DNA of 32,104 nt from Actinomycetota bacterium (GTDB lineage: Bacteria > Actinomycetota > Humimicrobiia > Humimicrobiales > Humimicrobiaceae): positions 1-32,104 of the forward strand of contig PWSB01000204.1 of assembly GCA_003563375.1 (NCBI GenBank), given 5' to 3'. The translations under genes and the position numbers were made by a program. Under the pieces are notes generated by a model. The model was not told the origin of the DNA and ran no database searches. It saw nothing but the letters and a program-made list of their open reading frames with translations. This document shows, in pieces, positions 14,811-23,003 of the stretch. Numbering within the stretch: the stretch's first letter is position 1; each line of letters opens with the position of its first letter.

Positions 14811-16310
14811 ATGAAAGATAAATATATATTAAATAAATTTAGAAAATGCTTTGGCCAAACACTTAAAATATATGATTCCTCATTAGTTTCTCATTGTGGT
14901 AACAGGTTTTTTCTGGCTAAAGAAGGGCACCAAAAATTTTTATATATTATTGGAAATGAAGCTTATGGACGGCTGGAGGAATTTAGAGGCAAACCCATTG
15001 GGTCTATTGAAATAGACGGTTACGATTTAATAGCTGGAAAAGCGGAACTAAATCATATAAATCTTAAACTGATGCAGGAGATTTTCCCCCACCTTAATCC
15101 AAGCCTTTGCGGCCTAAAGCCATCATTTGGGACAGGGGACAGGCTGGGAATGGTAACCCCGGCACATGTAGGATCTTTTAGGGGAAGAAAAATATTTCCT
15201 TATTTCTGCCAGCAGTCGGTAAGGGAGTTAAATAAGACCGGCCGTTCTTGGCAGGAATCGATCAGGGATTCTATCTGGGGTGTATTTGAGGCCGGTTATA
15301 AAAATCCTTTCGGTGCTGATGCAGACCATGTTAAGGATATGGGAGATCTTAATGCTGCAATCAAAAATGGTTTTACGATGTTTACCATTGATCCTTCAGA
15401 TTTTATAGCAAACGGGCTTGGAAATGAAGAAAATAGGGAAATAAGCAAAAGATATGACTCTATTGTTGAAAAAAAAGAAATCGAGAGGTCCTATCTGGGA
15501 AAAAAAATAACCATTGGCAAAGAGGTACTGCAATTTGATTTAGATTCATTAAAATTTATTGCAGCCTGCTATTATGACGCTATAAAACATGTTGTAAAAT
15601 GTTATAAATTCATTGAAGAAAATAAGGAAGGTAATTTTGATTTTGAAGTTTCCATGGATGAAACAGAAAGTGCTATCTCGCCTCTGGCACACATATTCAT
15701 AACCGGTGAGCTCCAAAGGAACGAAGTAAACTTTCAGAACTTGGCACTCCGTTATCCGGGAGTATGGGAAAAAGCAGTAGATTACTGCGGTGATATTGAA
15801 GGATTCAGCAAAGAGCTGAAAACACATGCCCAAGTTGCTAAAAAATTTGGGCCATACAAGTTATCTCTTCATTCGGGAAGTGAAAAATTTTCTGTATTTC
15901 CTATTTTTTCTGAGGAGACCGGAGGGCTTTTTCATATAAAGACCTCAGGGACAAGCTGGCTTGAATCCCTAAGGACAATTGCTGCGGTAAACCCGGTCCT
16001 TTTTAAAGATATATATGATTATGCCCTTAACAATTATGAAGAAGAGAAAAAATCTTATCATATATCAACAGGCCTTTCATCTGTTCCAGCTATAACCAGG
16101 TTTAGCAGGGATGAGTATGGGGGCCTACTTGATAAAAAAGAGTGCCGGCAAATGCTGCATGTGACTTATGGCGCAATACTGACTGCAACAAAGCAAGAGA
16201 ATTATATTTTCAGGGATACTATTTATAAGGTATTGGATGAAAATGAGCCTGTTCACTACAGGCACATAACTGAAAATATAGATAAGCATCTTGACCTGGT
16301 AAGGATATAA
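14811..16310 (+). CDS. uxaE: UxaE-family sugar(-acid) 4-epimerase (tagaturonate/fructuronate epimerase-like)
   Basis: 499 aa. The length and motif pattern (SFGTGDRLG, FGADADHVK, SLHSGSEKF, HIKTSGTSWLE) match my recollection of the Thermotoga UxaE family. An SDR reductase and gnd follow, as in the Thermotoga cluster. Confidence 0.6.
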   Translation: MKDKYILNKFRKCFGQTLKIYDSSLVSHCGNRFFLAKEGHQKFLYIIGNEAYGRLEEFRGKPIGSIEIDGYDLIAGKAELNHINLKLMQEIFPHLNPSLCGLKPSFGTGDRLGMVTPAHVGSFRGRKIFPYFCQQSVRELNKTGRSWQESIRDSIWGVFEAGYKNPFGADADHVKDMGDLNAAIKNGFTMFTIDPSDFIANGLGNEENREISKRYDSIVEKKEIERSYLGKKITIGKEVLQFDLDSLKFIAACYYDAIKHVVKCYKFIEENKEGNFDFEVSMDETESAISPLAHIFITGELQRNEVNFQNLALRYPGVWEKAVDYCGDIEGFSKELKTHAQVAKKFGPYKLSLHSGSEKFSVFPIFSEETGGLFHIKTSGTSWLESLRTIAAVNPVLFKDIYDYALNNYEEEKKSYHISTGLSSVPAITRFSRDEYGGLLDKKECRQMLHVTYGAILTATKQENYIFRDTIYKVLDENEPVHYRHITENIDKHLDLVRI

Positions 16311-16346
16311 TAATCTTTAATATGTTTTTTAAGGAGATTTTTAAAA

Positions 16347-17168
16347 ATGATAGTTAAAAGTATTTTCGATCTAAAAGACAAAACAGCTGCTATTATAGGG
16401 GCAACAGGGTCTCTAGGTTTTTCAATTGCTGCAGGGCTAGCAGGTGCGGGAGCAAGGATTGCGGTATGCGGAAGATCCAATTACAGACAAAAAGCAGAAT
16501 CACTGGCAGGCAAAGGTATAGATGCAAAAGGTTATTATATCGATGTGATGGACAAGGATAAGATTATTCAATGTAGAAATAATATAATAGCTGATTTTAA
16601 GGGAGTCGATATTTTAGTAAATGCAGCAGGAGGGAATTTAAATGAAGCTACAACCAGCAGTGAGTTATCTTTTTTTGATCTAAAAAAAGAAAGCTTAAGC
16701 GAGGTAATAGATTTAAATCTCTTTGGCGGAGCCATACTCCCAGCCCAGGTATTTGGGAAAGAAATGGCAGAAAACAGTGGGGGAGGCTCGATTATCAATA
16801 TTTCTTCTATGAATGCTTTTAGGCCTCTTACTAAAATTCCAGGTTATTCTGCTGCCAAGGCAGCGGTATCAAATTTTACTCAGTGGCTCGCAGTACATTT
16901 TGCACAGGAATATAATAAAAACTTGAGAGTAAACGCCATAGCTCCTGGGTTTTTTTTAACCAGGCAGAATCATTATCTATTATTTGACAAGGAAGAAAAT
17001 CTTACAGAAAGGGGCCGGTCAATAATAGCCCATACCCCGATGGCTGGGTTTGGCAAGCCCGAAGACCTTGTTGGAGTATGCGTATGGCTTGCCTCTGAAG
17101 CTTCAAGATTTGTTACAGGCATAGTTATTCCTATAGATGGCGGTTTTAGCGCATATTCAGGGGTATGA
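16347..17168 (+). CDS. Short-chain dehydrogenase/reductase, YjmF/UxaD-like (fructuronate/mannonate oxidoreductase candidate)
   Basis: 273 aa. It has GATGSLG (cofactor binding), NAAGGNLNEATT, and a catalytic Ser...YSAAK triad segment. Confidence 0.75.
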   Translation: MIVKSIFDLKDKTAAIIGATGSLGFSIAAGLAGAGARIAVCGRSNYRQKAESLAGKGIDAKGYYIDVMDKDKIIQCRNNIIADFKGVDILVNAAGGNLNEATTSSELSFFDLKKESLSEVIDLNLFGGAILPAQVFGKEMAENSGGGSIINISSMNAFRPLTKIPGYSAAKAAVSNFTQWLAVHFAQEYNKNLRVNAIAPGFFLTRQNHYLLFDKEENLTERGRSIIAHTPMAGFGKPEDLVGVCVWLASEASRFVTGIVIPIDGGFSAYSGV

Positions 17169-17225
17169 CTACCTGTTTTTGAGTGATTTATGTAAGCAGT
17201 CATTTAAAATTGAAAGGAATTTAGG

Positions 17226-18704
17226 ATGGAAAAAAAAGATTTGGGCCTTATAGGCCTTGCGGTTATGGGTCAGAACCTTGTGCTTAATATAGAATCAAAA
17301 GGTTATTCTGCTGCAGTATACAACAGGACAGAAAGCAGGACAAAGGATTTTATTGAAGGAAAAGCAAAAGACAAAAATATAGAAGCCGCATTTTCTTTAA
17401 AAAAATTTGTGGACAGCATCAAAAGGCCAAGGAAAATCATGCTTATGGTAAAAGCCGGCAAGCCTGTAGACAATACCATTGAAGAAATCCTTCCCTTGCT
17501 TGAGCCGGGAGACCTTCTAATAGACGGGGGGAATTCATTTTATAAGGATACCATAAGAAGGGAGGAGTTTCTTTTAGAAAAAAATATCCTATACATAGGT
17601 ACCGGAGTTTCTGGCGGTGAGGAAGGGGCTCTTCTGGGTCCTGCCATTATGCCTGGAGGAAAGAGGAAGGCATATGATATGGTAAAAGATATATTTTCAG
17701 ATATTTCAGCAAAAGCAAAAGATGGCAAACCATGCGTATCTTATATAGGGCCAAATGGAGCCGGGCACTTTGTAAAGATGGTCCATAACGGGATCGAGTA
17801 CGGTGATATGCAGCTAATAGGAGAGTGCGTATGGGGTTTGAAGAATGCCCTTGGTTGGAATTCAGAACAAATTGCAGACATAATGGAAGAATGGGACAGG
17901 CCTTCTGACATATTATCCTCTTATCTTATAGAGATAACCGGCAAGGGGATGAGGGAGACCGAAAAGAAATCGGGAAGCTACCTGGTAGACAGGACCGCTG
18001 ATATTACCAGGATGAAGGGGACAGGCACATGGACGGTTGCAAGCGCTCTTGAGCTGCTTGTTCCAATACCTACAATAGCAGCAGCGGTATTTTCAAGGGA
18101 AACGAGCCAGGATAAGGACTTGAGGCTTGGGATTTCAAAGATATTGAAGCCGGCGGCTTCTAAAATAGATTTAAACGGGCAAAAATTCACTGATATAGCC
18201 CACGACGCCCTGTATATTGCCAAAATCTCTTCATACGCCCAAGGTTTTGCACTAATGGAGGCAGCGTCTTCTAAATACGGCTGGAACCTTGATATGGGAA
18301 GGATTGCCGAAGGTTGGAGAGCTGGATGCATAATACGGGCACAGTTTCTATCAAAGATCACTGAAGAATACAAGGCAGATCCAAAATTGCCCAATCTTAT
18401 GGCAGCGCCTTATTTTTCTAAATTTATCAACCAGAAACTTGTAAGCCTTTCAAGGTTTATTGAGGTTGCCCGCCATGTTGGAGTGCCTGCTCTTGCGATG
18501 GGGTGTGCTTATGACTACATACTTCAGATAGCCTCTCCTGTCATGGTATCAGCGCAGGTAGCCGCCCAGCAGAGGGACTACTTCGGCGCTCACGGCTATT
18601 TTAAGCTTAAGGATTCCCAAGAGATAGAGCTAAAACCTGATGGAAGCTACCAGGAATATCATACAGAATGGATGGAGGATGGCCGCCCGGAAAAAAAGTT
18701 ATAG
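17226..18704 (+). CDS. gnd: 6-phosphogluconate dehydrogenase, decarboxylating
   Basis: 492 aa. It shows GLIGLAVMGQNLVLN, GGNSFY, GTGVSGGEEGA, GAGHFVKMVHNGIEYGDMQLI and QRDYFGAHGY. Confidence 0.9.
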   Translation: MEKKDLGLIGLAVMGQNLVLNIESKGYSAAVYNRTESRTKDFIEGKAKDKNIEAAFSLKKFVDSIKRPRKIMLMVKAGKPVDNTIEEILPLLEPGDLLIDGGNSFYKDTIRREEFLLEKNILYIGTGVSGGEEGALLGPAIMPGGKRKAYDMVKDIFSDISAKAKDGKPCVSYIGPNGAGHFVKMVHNGIEYGDMQLIGECVWGLKNALGWNSEQIADIMEEWDRPSDILSSYLIEITGKGMRETEKKSGSYLVDRTADITRMKGTGTWTVASALELLVPIPTIAAAVFSRETSQDKDLRLGISKILKPAASKIDLNGQKFTDIAHDALYIAKISSYAQGFALMEAASSKYGWNLDMGRIAEGWRAGCIIRAQFLSKITEEYKADPKLPNLMAAPYFSKFINQKLVSLSRFIEVARHVGVPALAMGCAYDYILQIASPVMVSAQVAAQQRDYFGAHGYFKLKDSQEIELKPDGSYQEYHTEWMEDGRPEKKL

Positions 18705-18730
18705 AAAAAATACTGATTTAGGAGGCTGAT

Positions 18731-19810
18731 ATGACAAGTGAGTTTCGCAAAGACTGCAAATATAGCCTGATTACACCTACAAGCATAGGGGTCCGCATCA
18801 CTCCAGCAGGCAGGCAGCCGGTTGATTGCAGTTCAACTTTTTTTATGCAGACTACCAGTGCCGAGACCAATGTCGCAAGCGTGTCTTCTTATTTGGGCTT
18901 GCCCGTAAAAGTTCTTACTGTATTTGTAAAAGACAGTCCTATTTCAAAAATGATAAAAAGCAATCTAATGTCAAGAAATATGTCCTTTGAAGGCAAGGAT
19001 GTTTTCCAGGGGGGGCCATGGGGATACCGCCACCAGTTCAACATTGCTGACAGCGGTTATGGCTCCCGGCGCCCCAGGGTCCAAAATGACCGCGCTGGGG
19101 AAGTTGGCAGGATACTGAACACAGAGGATTTTGACCTGGATAGGATTTTTAATAGTGAGGGAGTTTCCATCCTCCACCTTTCGGGTCTTATCGTCTCCCT
19201 ATCCAGGCAGACAGGAAGCTTTTGCAGCAAGTTGGCCAAAGCTGCAAAGGAGAGCGGGACAAAGATTTGCTTTGATCTAAACTACAGGGCTTCATTTTGG
19301 AAGAACCGGGAAGATGAGCTTGGTAAAACCTTTTCCCGTATTGCACAACTTACAGATTACCTTGTGGGCAATGAGGAGGACTTCCAGCTCTGTCTTGGCT
19401 TAAAGGGCCCTGAGGCCGGTGGGAGGAAATTGTCCTCAAAGATTGAAAGCTTTAAGGAAATGATAAAGGATGTAAGGGAAAAATATCCCAGTACATCTGT
19501 TTTTGCCACGACCCTTAGAGAGGTGGTCAATGCAAATCGCCATCTATGGGGTGCAATAATGCTTGAAGGTGAAAGTTGGCATGTAATAGAACCGCGTGCA
19601 ATTGAGGTTATAGACCGGATAGGGGGCGGTGACGGATTTGTGGGGGGAATGCTTTACGGCATACTGAAGGGCTGGGAGCCTGAAAAGTGGATACAATTCG
19701 GCTGGGCATCCGGAGCATTCGTAGCTACCCTGATTACAGATTATGCTACTCCTGCAGACGAAGAACAGATATGGGATATCTGGCGCGGAAACGCAAGGGT
19801 CAGGCGTTAA
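18731..19810 (+). CDS. PfkB-family sugar-acid kinase (2-keto-3-deoxygluconate kinase-like)
   Basis: 359 aa. It has the C-terminal PfkB signature RIGGGDGFVGGMLYG and LVGNEEDF. Its overall layout resembles the long KdgK-type kinases. SD AGGAGG lies upstream. Confidence 0.7.
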   Translation: MTSEFRKDCKYSLITPTSIGVRITPAGRQPVDCSSTFFMQTTSAETNVASVSSYLGLPVKVLTVFVKDSPISKMIKSNLMSRNMSFEGKDVFQGGPWGYRHQFNIADSGYGSRRPRVQNDRAGEVGRILNTEDFDLDRIFNSEGVSILHLSGLIVSLSRQTGSFCSKLAKAAKESGTKICFDLNYRASFWKNREDELGKTFSRIAQLTDYLVGNEEDFQLCLGLKGPEAGGRKLSSKIESFKEMIKDVREKYPSTSVFATTLREVVNANRHLWGAIMLEGESWHVIEPRAIEVIDRIGGGDGFVGGMLYGILKGWEPEKWIQFGWASGAFVATLITDYATPADEEQIWDIWRGNARVRR

Positions 19811-19816
19811 AGCCTT

Positions 19817-21100
19817 ATGAGATTTATTGAAGATATAAACGGTATAGGCAAAGGTAAGCTTACCGGATTCATAGCTTCTATTTTAGAAGGTATAAATCCA
19901 GGCAAAAAGGTACTTGTGATCATTCCAGATTATACAAGGGTTGATTTCACGGATATAATCTGTCCCCTTATTGTAGATATTTTTAAAAAGAAAGGGGCCA
20001 TAAACTTAGATTTTCTAAATGCTGGTGGAACTCATAGGGGGATGACAGAGACTGAATTTTTTTTAAAACTTGGCCTGAAGGAGAAAGACTCAAGCATATC
20101 TTTTTATAACCATGATTACAGTGACCCCAAGAACCTGGTAACCATTGGGAGCATCTCTTTAGAACTTGTTAAAGAAAAAACGGAGGGCCAGCTTCGCAGG
20201 GCGATACCTGTGACATTGAATAAATTAATATTTTCTGGTTACAACACTATTATTGCAGTCTCCGGTACCGGGCCGCATGAAGCAGCTGGCTACTCGGGGG
20301 GCCTGAAGATTTTTTTTCCAGGCATATCAGGTCCTGAAGTGATTGACCTATTTCATTGGGCAGCTGTACTAGTGGGAATACCCGAAATTATGGGTACTGT
20401 AGACAATAATGCAAGGGATATAATCAACGAGGGGGCGGGACTTATATTTAATGGCATAGGTTGTGATGTTTTTACTTTGAATATGGTGAGTACAGAGGAA
20501 GACCGTTCAGTAATACCTAATGGCCTGTATTTGGACAAAGGTTATGAGGGTTTTTTAAATGTTTACAGGGCTGCCGCTGCTTTAAGCTCTAAACTTCATA
20601 TCAAATACATTGACCGGCCGCTTGAACGGGTGGTACAAGTAATCCCGGAGCACTTGGACGAGATCTGGACTGCTGCAAAAGGTTCATACAAACTACAGAA
20701 GCCCGGTGTAATGGCGAAGGGGGGTGAAATAATCCTGTACGGGCCGCATATAAGGAGCTTTCACTCCAATAAAAAAATAGATGAAGAACTCAAGGAAGTA
20801 GGTTATCACTGCAAAGATAAAATCTGCAGCATATTAGGCTCTGGAAAAAAAATAAGCAGAAAAAGCGCTTCTCATCTTATTAATGCAGCAGGACCTGGCA
20901 GATTTGACCCTGAAGCTAAAAAAGAAGAGATGGACTTTAAGCTTACCCTTGCGACCCAGATTCCCATGCAAGCCTGTAAGTCGATAGGATTAAATTACCG
21001 AGACCCAAAAACTATAAATAGATCTGATTTTCAAAAACCAGGTAGACTCTGGATCGAAAAAGGGGGAAAATATCTTTATATGCGAAAAAAAGGGGGGTGA
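19817..21100 (+). CDS. LarA-like (DUF2088) nickel-pincer-cofactor-type 2-hydroxyacid racemase/epimerase homologue
   Basis: 427 aa. It has IIPDYTRVD and NAGGTHRG (His73). In GPHEAAGYSGGLKIFFPG...FH, residues His154, Lys164 and His180 reproduce the H-x9-K-x15-H spacing of the LarA catalytic His, the cofactor-tethering Lys and the Ni-binding His (recalled as H174/K184/H200 in L. plantarum LarA). Confidence 0.7.
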   Translation: MRFIEDINGIGKGKLTGFIASILEGINPGKKVLVIIPDYTRVDFTDIICPLIVDIFKKKGAINLDFLNAGGTHRGMTETEFFLKLGLKEKDSSISFYNHDYSDPKNLVTIGSISLELVKEKTEGQLRRAIPVTLNKLIFSGYNTIIAVSGTGPHEAAGYSGGLKIFFPGISGPEVIDLFHWAAVLVGIPEIMGTVDNNARDIINEGAGLIFNGIGCDVFTLNMVSTEEDRSVIPNGLYLDKGYEGFLNVYRAAAALSSKLHIKYIDRPLERVVQVIPEHLDEIWTAAKGSYKLQKPGVMAKGGEIILYGPHIRSFHSNKKIDEELKEVGYHCKDKICSILGSGKKISRKSASHLINAAGPGRFDPEAKKEEMDFKLTLATQIPMQACKSIGLNYRDPKTINRSDFQKPGRLWIEKGGKYLYMRKKGG

Positions 21101-21168
21101 TACGGAAATAAAATATGTTTTTATGCTTTTTATTAATTTCAAAGTCTTAGGGAAAGGCGGTATGTGAC

Positions 21169-21930
21169 ATGGACAAGGAATTTACTCTTTTTAAAGACAC
21201 CGTATCAGGTATTCTGGAAAAAATAACAGGTGAAGAAAAAAATATAAAAAAAGCTGCAGATTTAATTGCCAAAGCCTTGATAAAGGGCAAAATAATCCAC
21301 GTAATCGGAACCGGGGGCCATTCTAATATGGGAGCTGAGGAGATGTTCTGGAGAGCAGGAGGATTGATCCCGGTCAATGCTATATTGGATGCCGGAATAA
21401 ATTTGATCAATGGAGCAAGAAGGACCACTATAATAGAAAGGACACCAGGCTATGGAATAAAGGTGATGGATGCATACAATGTCGGCCAAACTGCCGGTGA
21501 GGTTATTATTATCATAAACGCCTGCGGTATTAACACCATGACCATAGATGTTGCGCTGGAGGCAAAAAAGAGAAAGATGAAGACCATAGGGGTGACTTCA
21601 ACTTCTTTTGCAGACACGATCCCGAAAGGCCATCCGTCCAGGCACCCGAGCAATAAGAATCTGCATGATCTTGTCGATGTTTTTATAAATAATCACCAGC
21701 CCATAGGGGATGCAGTTATAGAGCTTGAAGGTGCAGACCAGAAGGTGGGTCCTGTATCTACTATTTGCAATTCATTTGCAGTGCAGCTGTTAGTAATAGA
21801 GACTGCAAAAAAGATGATAGAATCCGGGAAAAAACCTTTGATATGGAGGAGTGCCAATATGCCGGGAGGAGATGAGGCTAACCGTGAATATTTTAAAGAG
21901 TATTCTAAAAGGATAAAGCATCTGCTGTAA
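21169..21930 (+). CDS. Single-SIS-domain protein, UPF0309-like
   Basis: 253 aa. The pattern IKKAADLIAKALIKGKIIHVIGTGGHSNMGAEEMFWRAGGLIPVNAI is typical of the UPF0309/SIS_2 group. Confidence 0.7.
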   Translation: MDKEFTLFKDTVSGILEKITGEEKNIKKAADLIAKALIKGKIIHVIGTGGHSNMGAEEMFWRAGGLIPVNAILDAGINLINGARRTTIIERTPGYGIKVMDAYNVGQTAGEVIIIINACGINTMTIDVALEAKKRKMKTIGVTSTSFADTIPKGHPSRHPSNKNLHDLVDVFINNHQPIGDAVIELEGADQKVGPVSTICNSFAVQLLVIETAKKMIESGKKPLIWRSANMPGGDEANREYFKEYSKRIKHLL

Positions 21931-21990
21931 GGAAAGTTTTTTAAGGAAAGATGCATTCTGTTTGCTTATAAATACAAATAGGGGGGTTTT

Positions 21991-22956
21991 ATGAAAAAGC
22001 GGATCACAAGAGATAATGAGCCTGGTTTTGTTTTTGATTACAATAAAGAACCCGTGCTCACGGTAGAGGAAGGAGAAAGTTTTATAGTTGAGACCGAGGA
22101 CAACCTGTCAGGGCTTATCAAATCAGAAAATGATCCCCTGGTCGAAAAGCTTAAAAATTTTACCAAATATGATCCTCCAAAGTTTAATCCTGTCCATGGA
22201 CCCATATATATAAAAGGCGCTGCTAAAGGAGATCTTCTGGAAGTAAGCATTGAGAAAATAATACCTGCCCAAACAGGTATTTCAGCTATAGACCCAGATT
22301 CAGGGCCTCTTTCTGAAAACAAAAAATGGCCGGAGCTTGGGGAAGCTCATATAAAGATCTTAAAAAATATCCCTGGTCCCAGCGGCACTACCAGGGACGG
22401 AAAGGCTGTCTACAGTAAAAACATCTCCTGGGACCTAGACCCTATGATAGGGACAATCGGAGTGGCTACAGAATATGAGATACATGGTACATTAAATGGC
22501 CAGAAACCTTGTTGCGGCAATTGGGATTGCAAAGATATCAAAGAAGGAAGCAAGTTATATCTAAATTGCTTCCATGAGGGGGCCCTCCTTTTCCTTGGAG
22601 ATGTACATGCCAGCCAGGGGGACACAGAGTGGAGCTGTTCTGCCAATGAGGTGAAAGCAGAAGTCACGTTAAGCTGCAGGGTTATCAAGAATAAGAAAAT
22701 CCCCTATGCAAGGATAGAAAGAGAGGAATCGATTATCCAATTATTTGCGGATAAGCCTATAGAGGATGCATTACATAGGGCTATAATCCATCTTATGGAA
22801 TGGATGGTCGAAGAATACGGGGTAGGTCCAAAGGATGCTTATATAATGATCTCATGTAGTTCTGAGTTCAAAGTAAAGGTTTACCAAATGATAAGGAGCC
22901 CAAATCTTCCTTACGTTGTCGGAGCAGAAATACCAAGAAAATATCTGAAGGGATAA
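21991..22956 (+). CDS. Acetamidase/formamidase-family amidohydrolase (FmdA_AmdA)
   Basis: 321 aa. It has NPVHGPIYIKGAAKGDLLEVSI and CGNWDCKDIKEGSKLYLNCFHEGALLFLGDVHASQGDTE, which match the family core (GGN.D...G..lylPV...GAl...GD.HA.QGDGE). Confidence 0.75.
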   Translation: MKKRITRDNEPGFVFDYNKEPVLTVEEGESFIVETEDNLSGLIKSENDPLVEKLKNFTKYDPPKFNPVHGPIYIKGAAKGDLLEVSIEKIIPAQTGISAIDPDSGPLSENKKWPELGEAHIKILKNIPGPSGTTRDGKAVYSKNISWDLDPMIGTIGVATEYEIHGTLNGQKPCCGNWDCKDIKEGSKLYLNCFHEGALLFLGDVHASQGDTEWSCSANEVKAEVTLSCRVIKNKKIPYARIEREESIIQLFADKPIEDALHRAIIHLMEWMVEEYGVGPKDAYIMISCSSEFKVKVYQMIRSPNLPYVVGAEIPRKYLKG

Positions 22957-23003
22957 AAGGTTTTAACCAATATAATTATTTTTTATTATACGAGGAAGTA
23001 AAC

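Noticed and set aside
21101-21168. An AT-only inverted repeat ATAAAA/TTTTAT in the LarA-like/SIS gap as a terminator splitting the nine-gene cluster.
   Set aside because: The stem is 6 bp of A-T pairs only, which is too weak to call. The genes are treated as probably co-transcribed pending RNA data.
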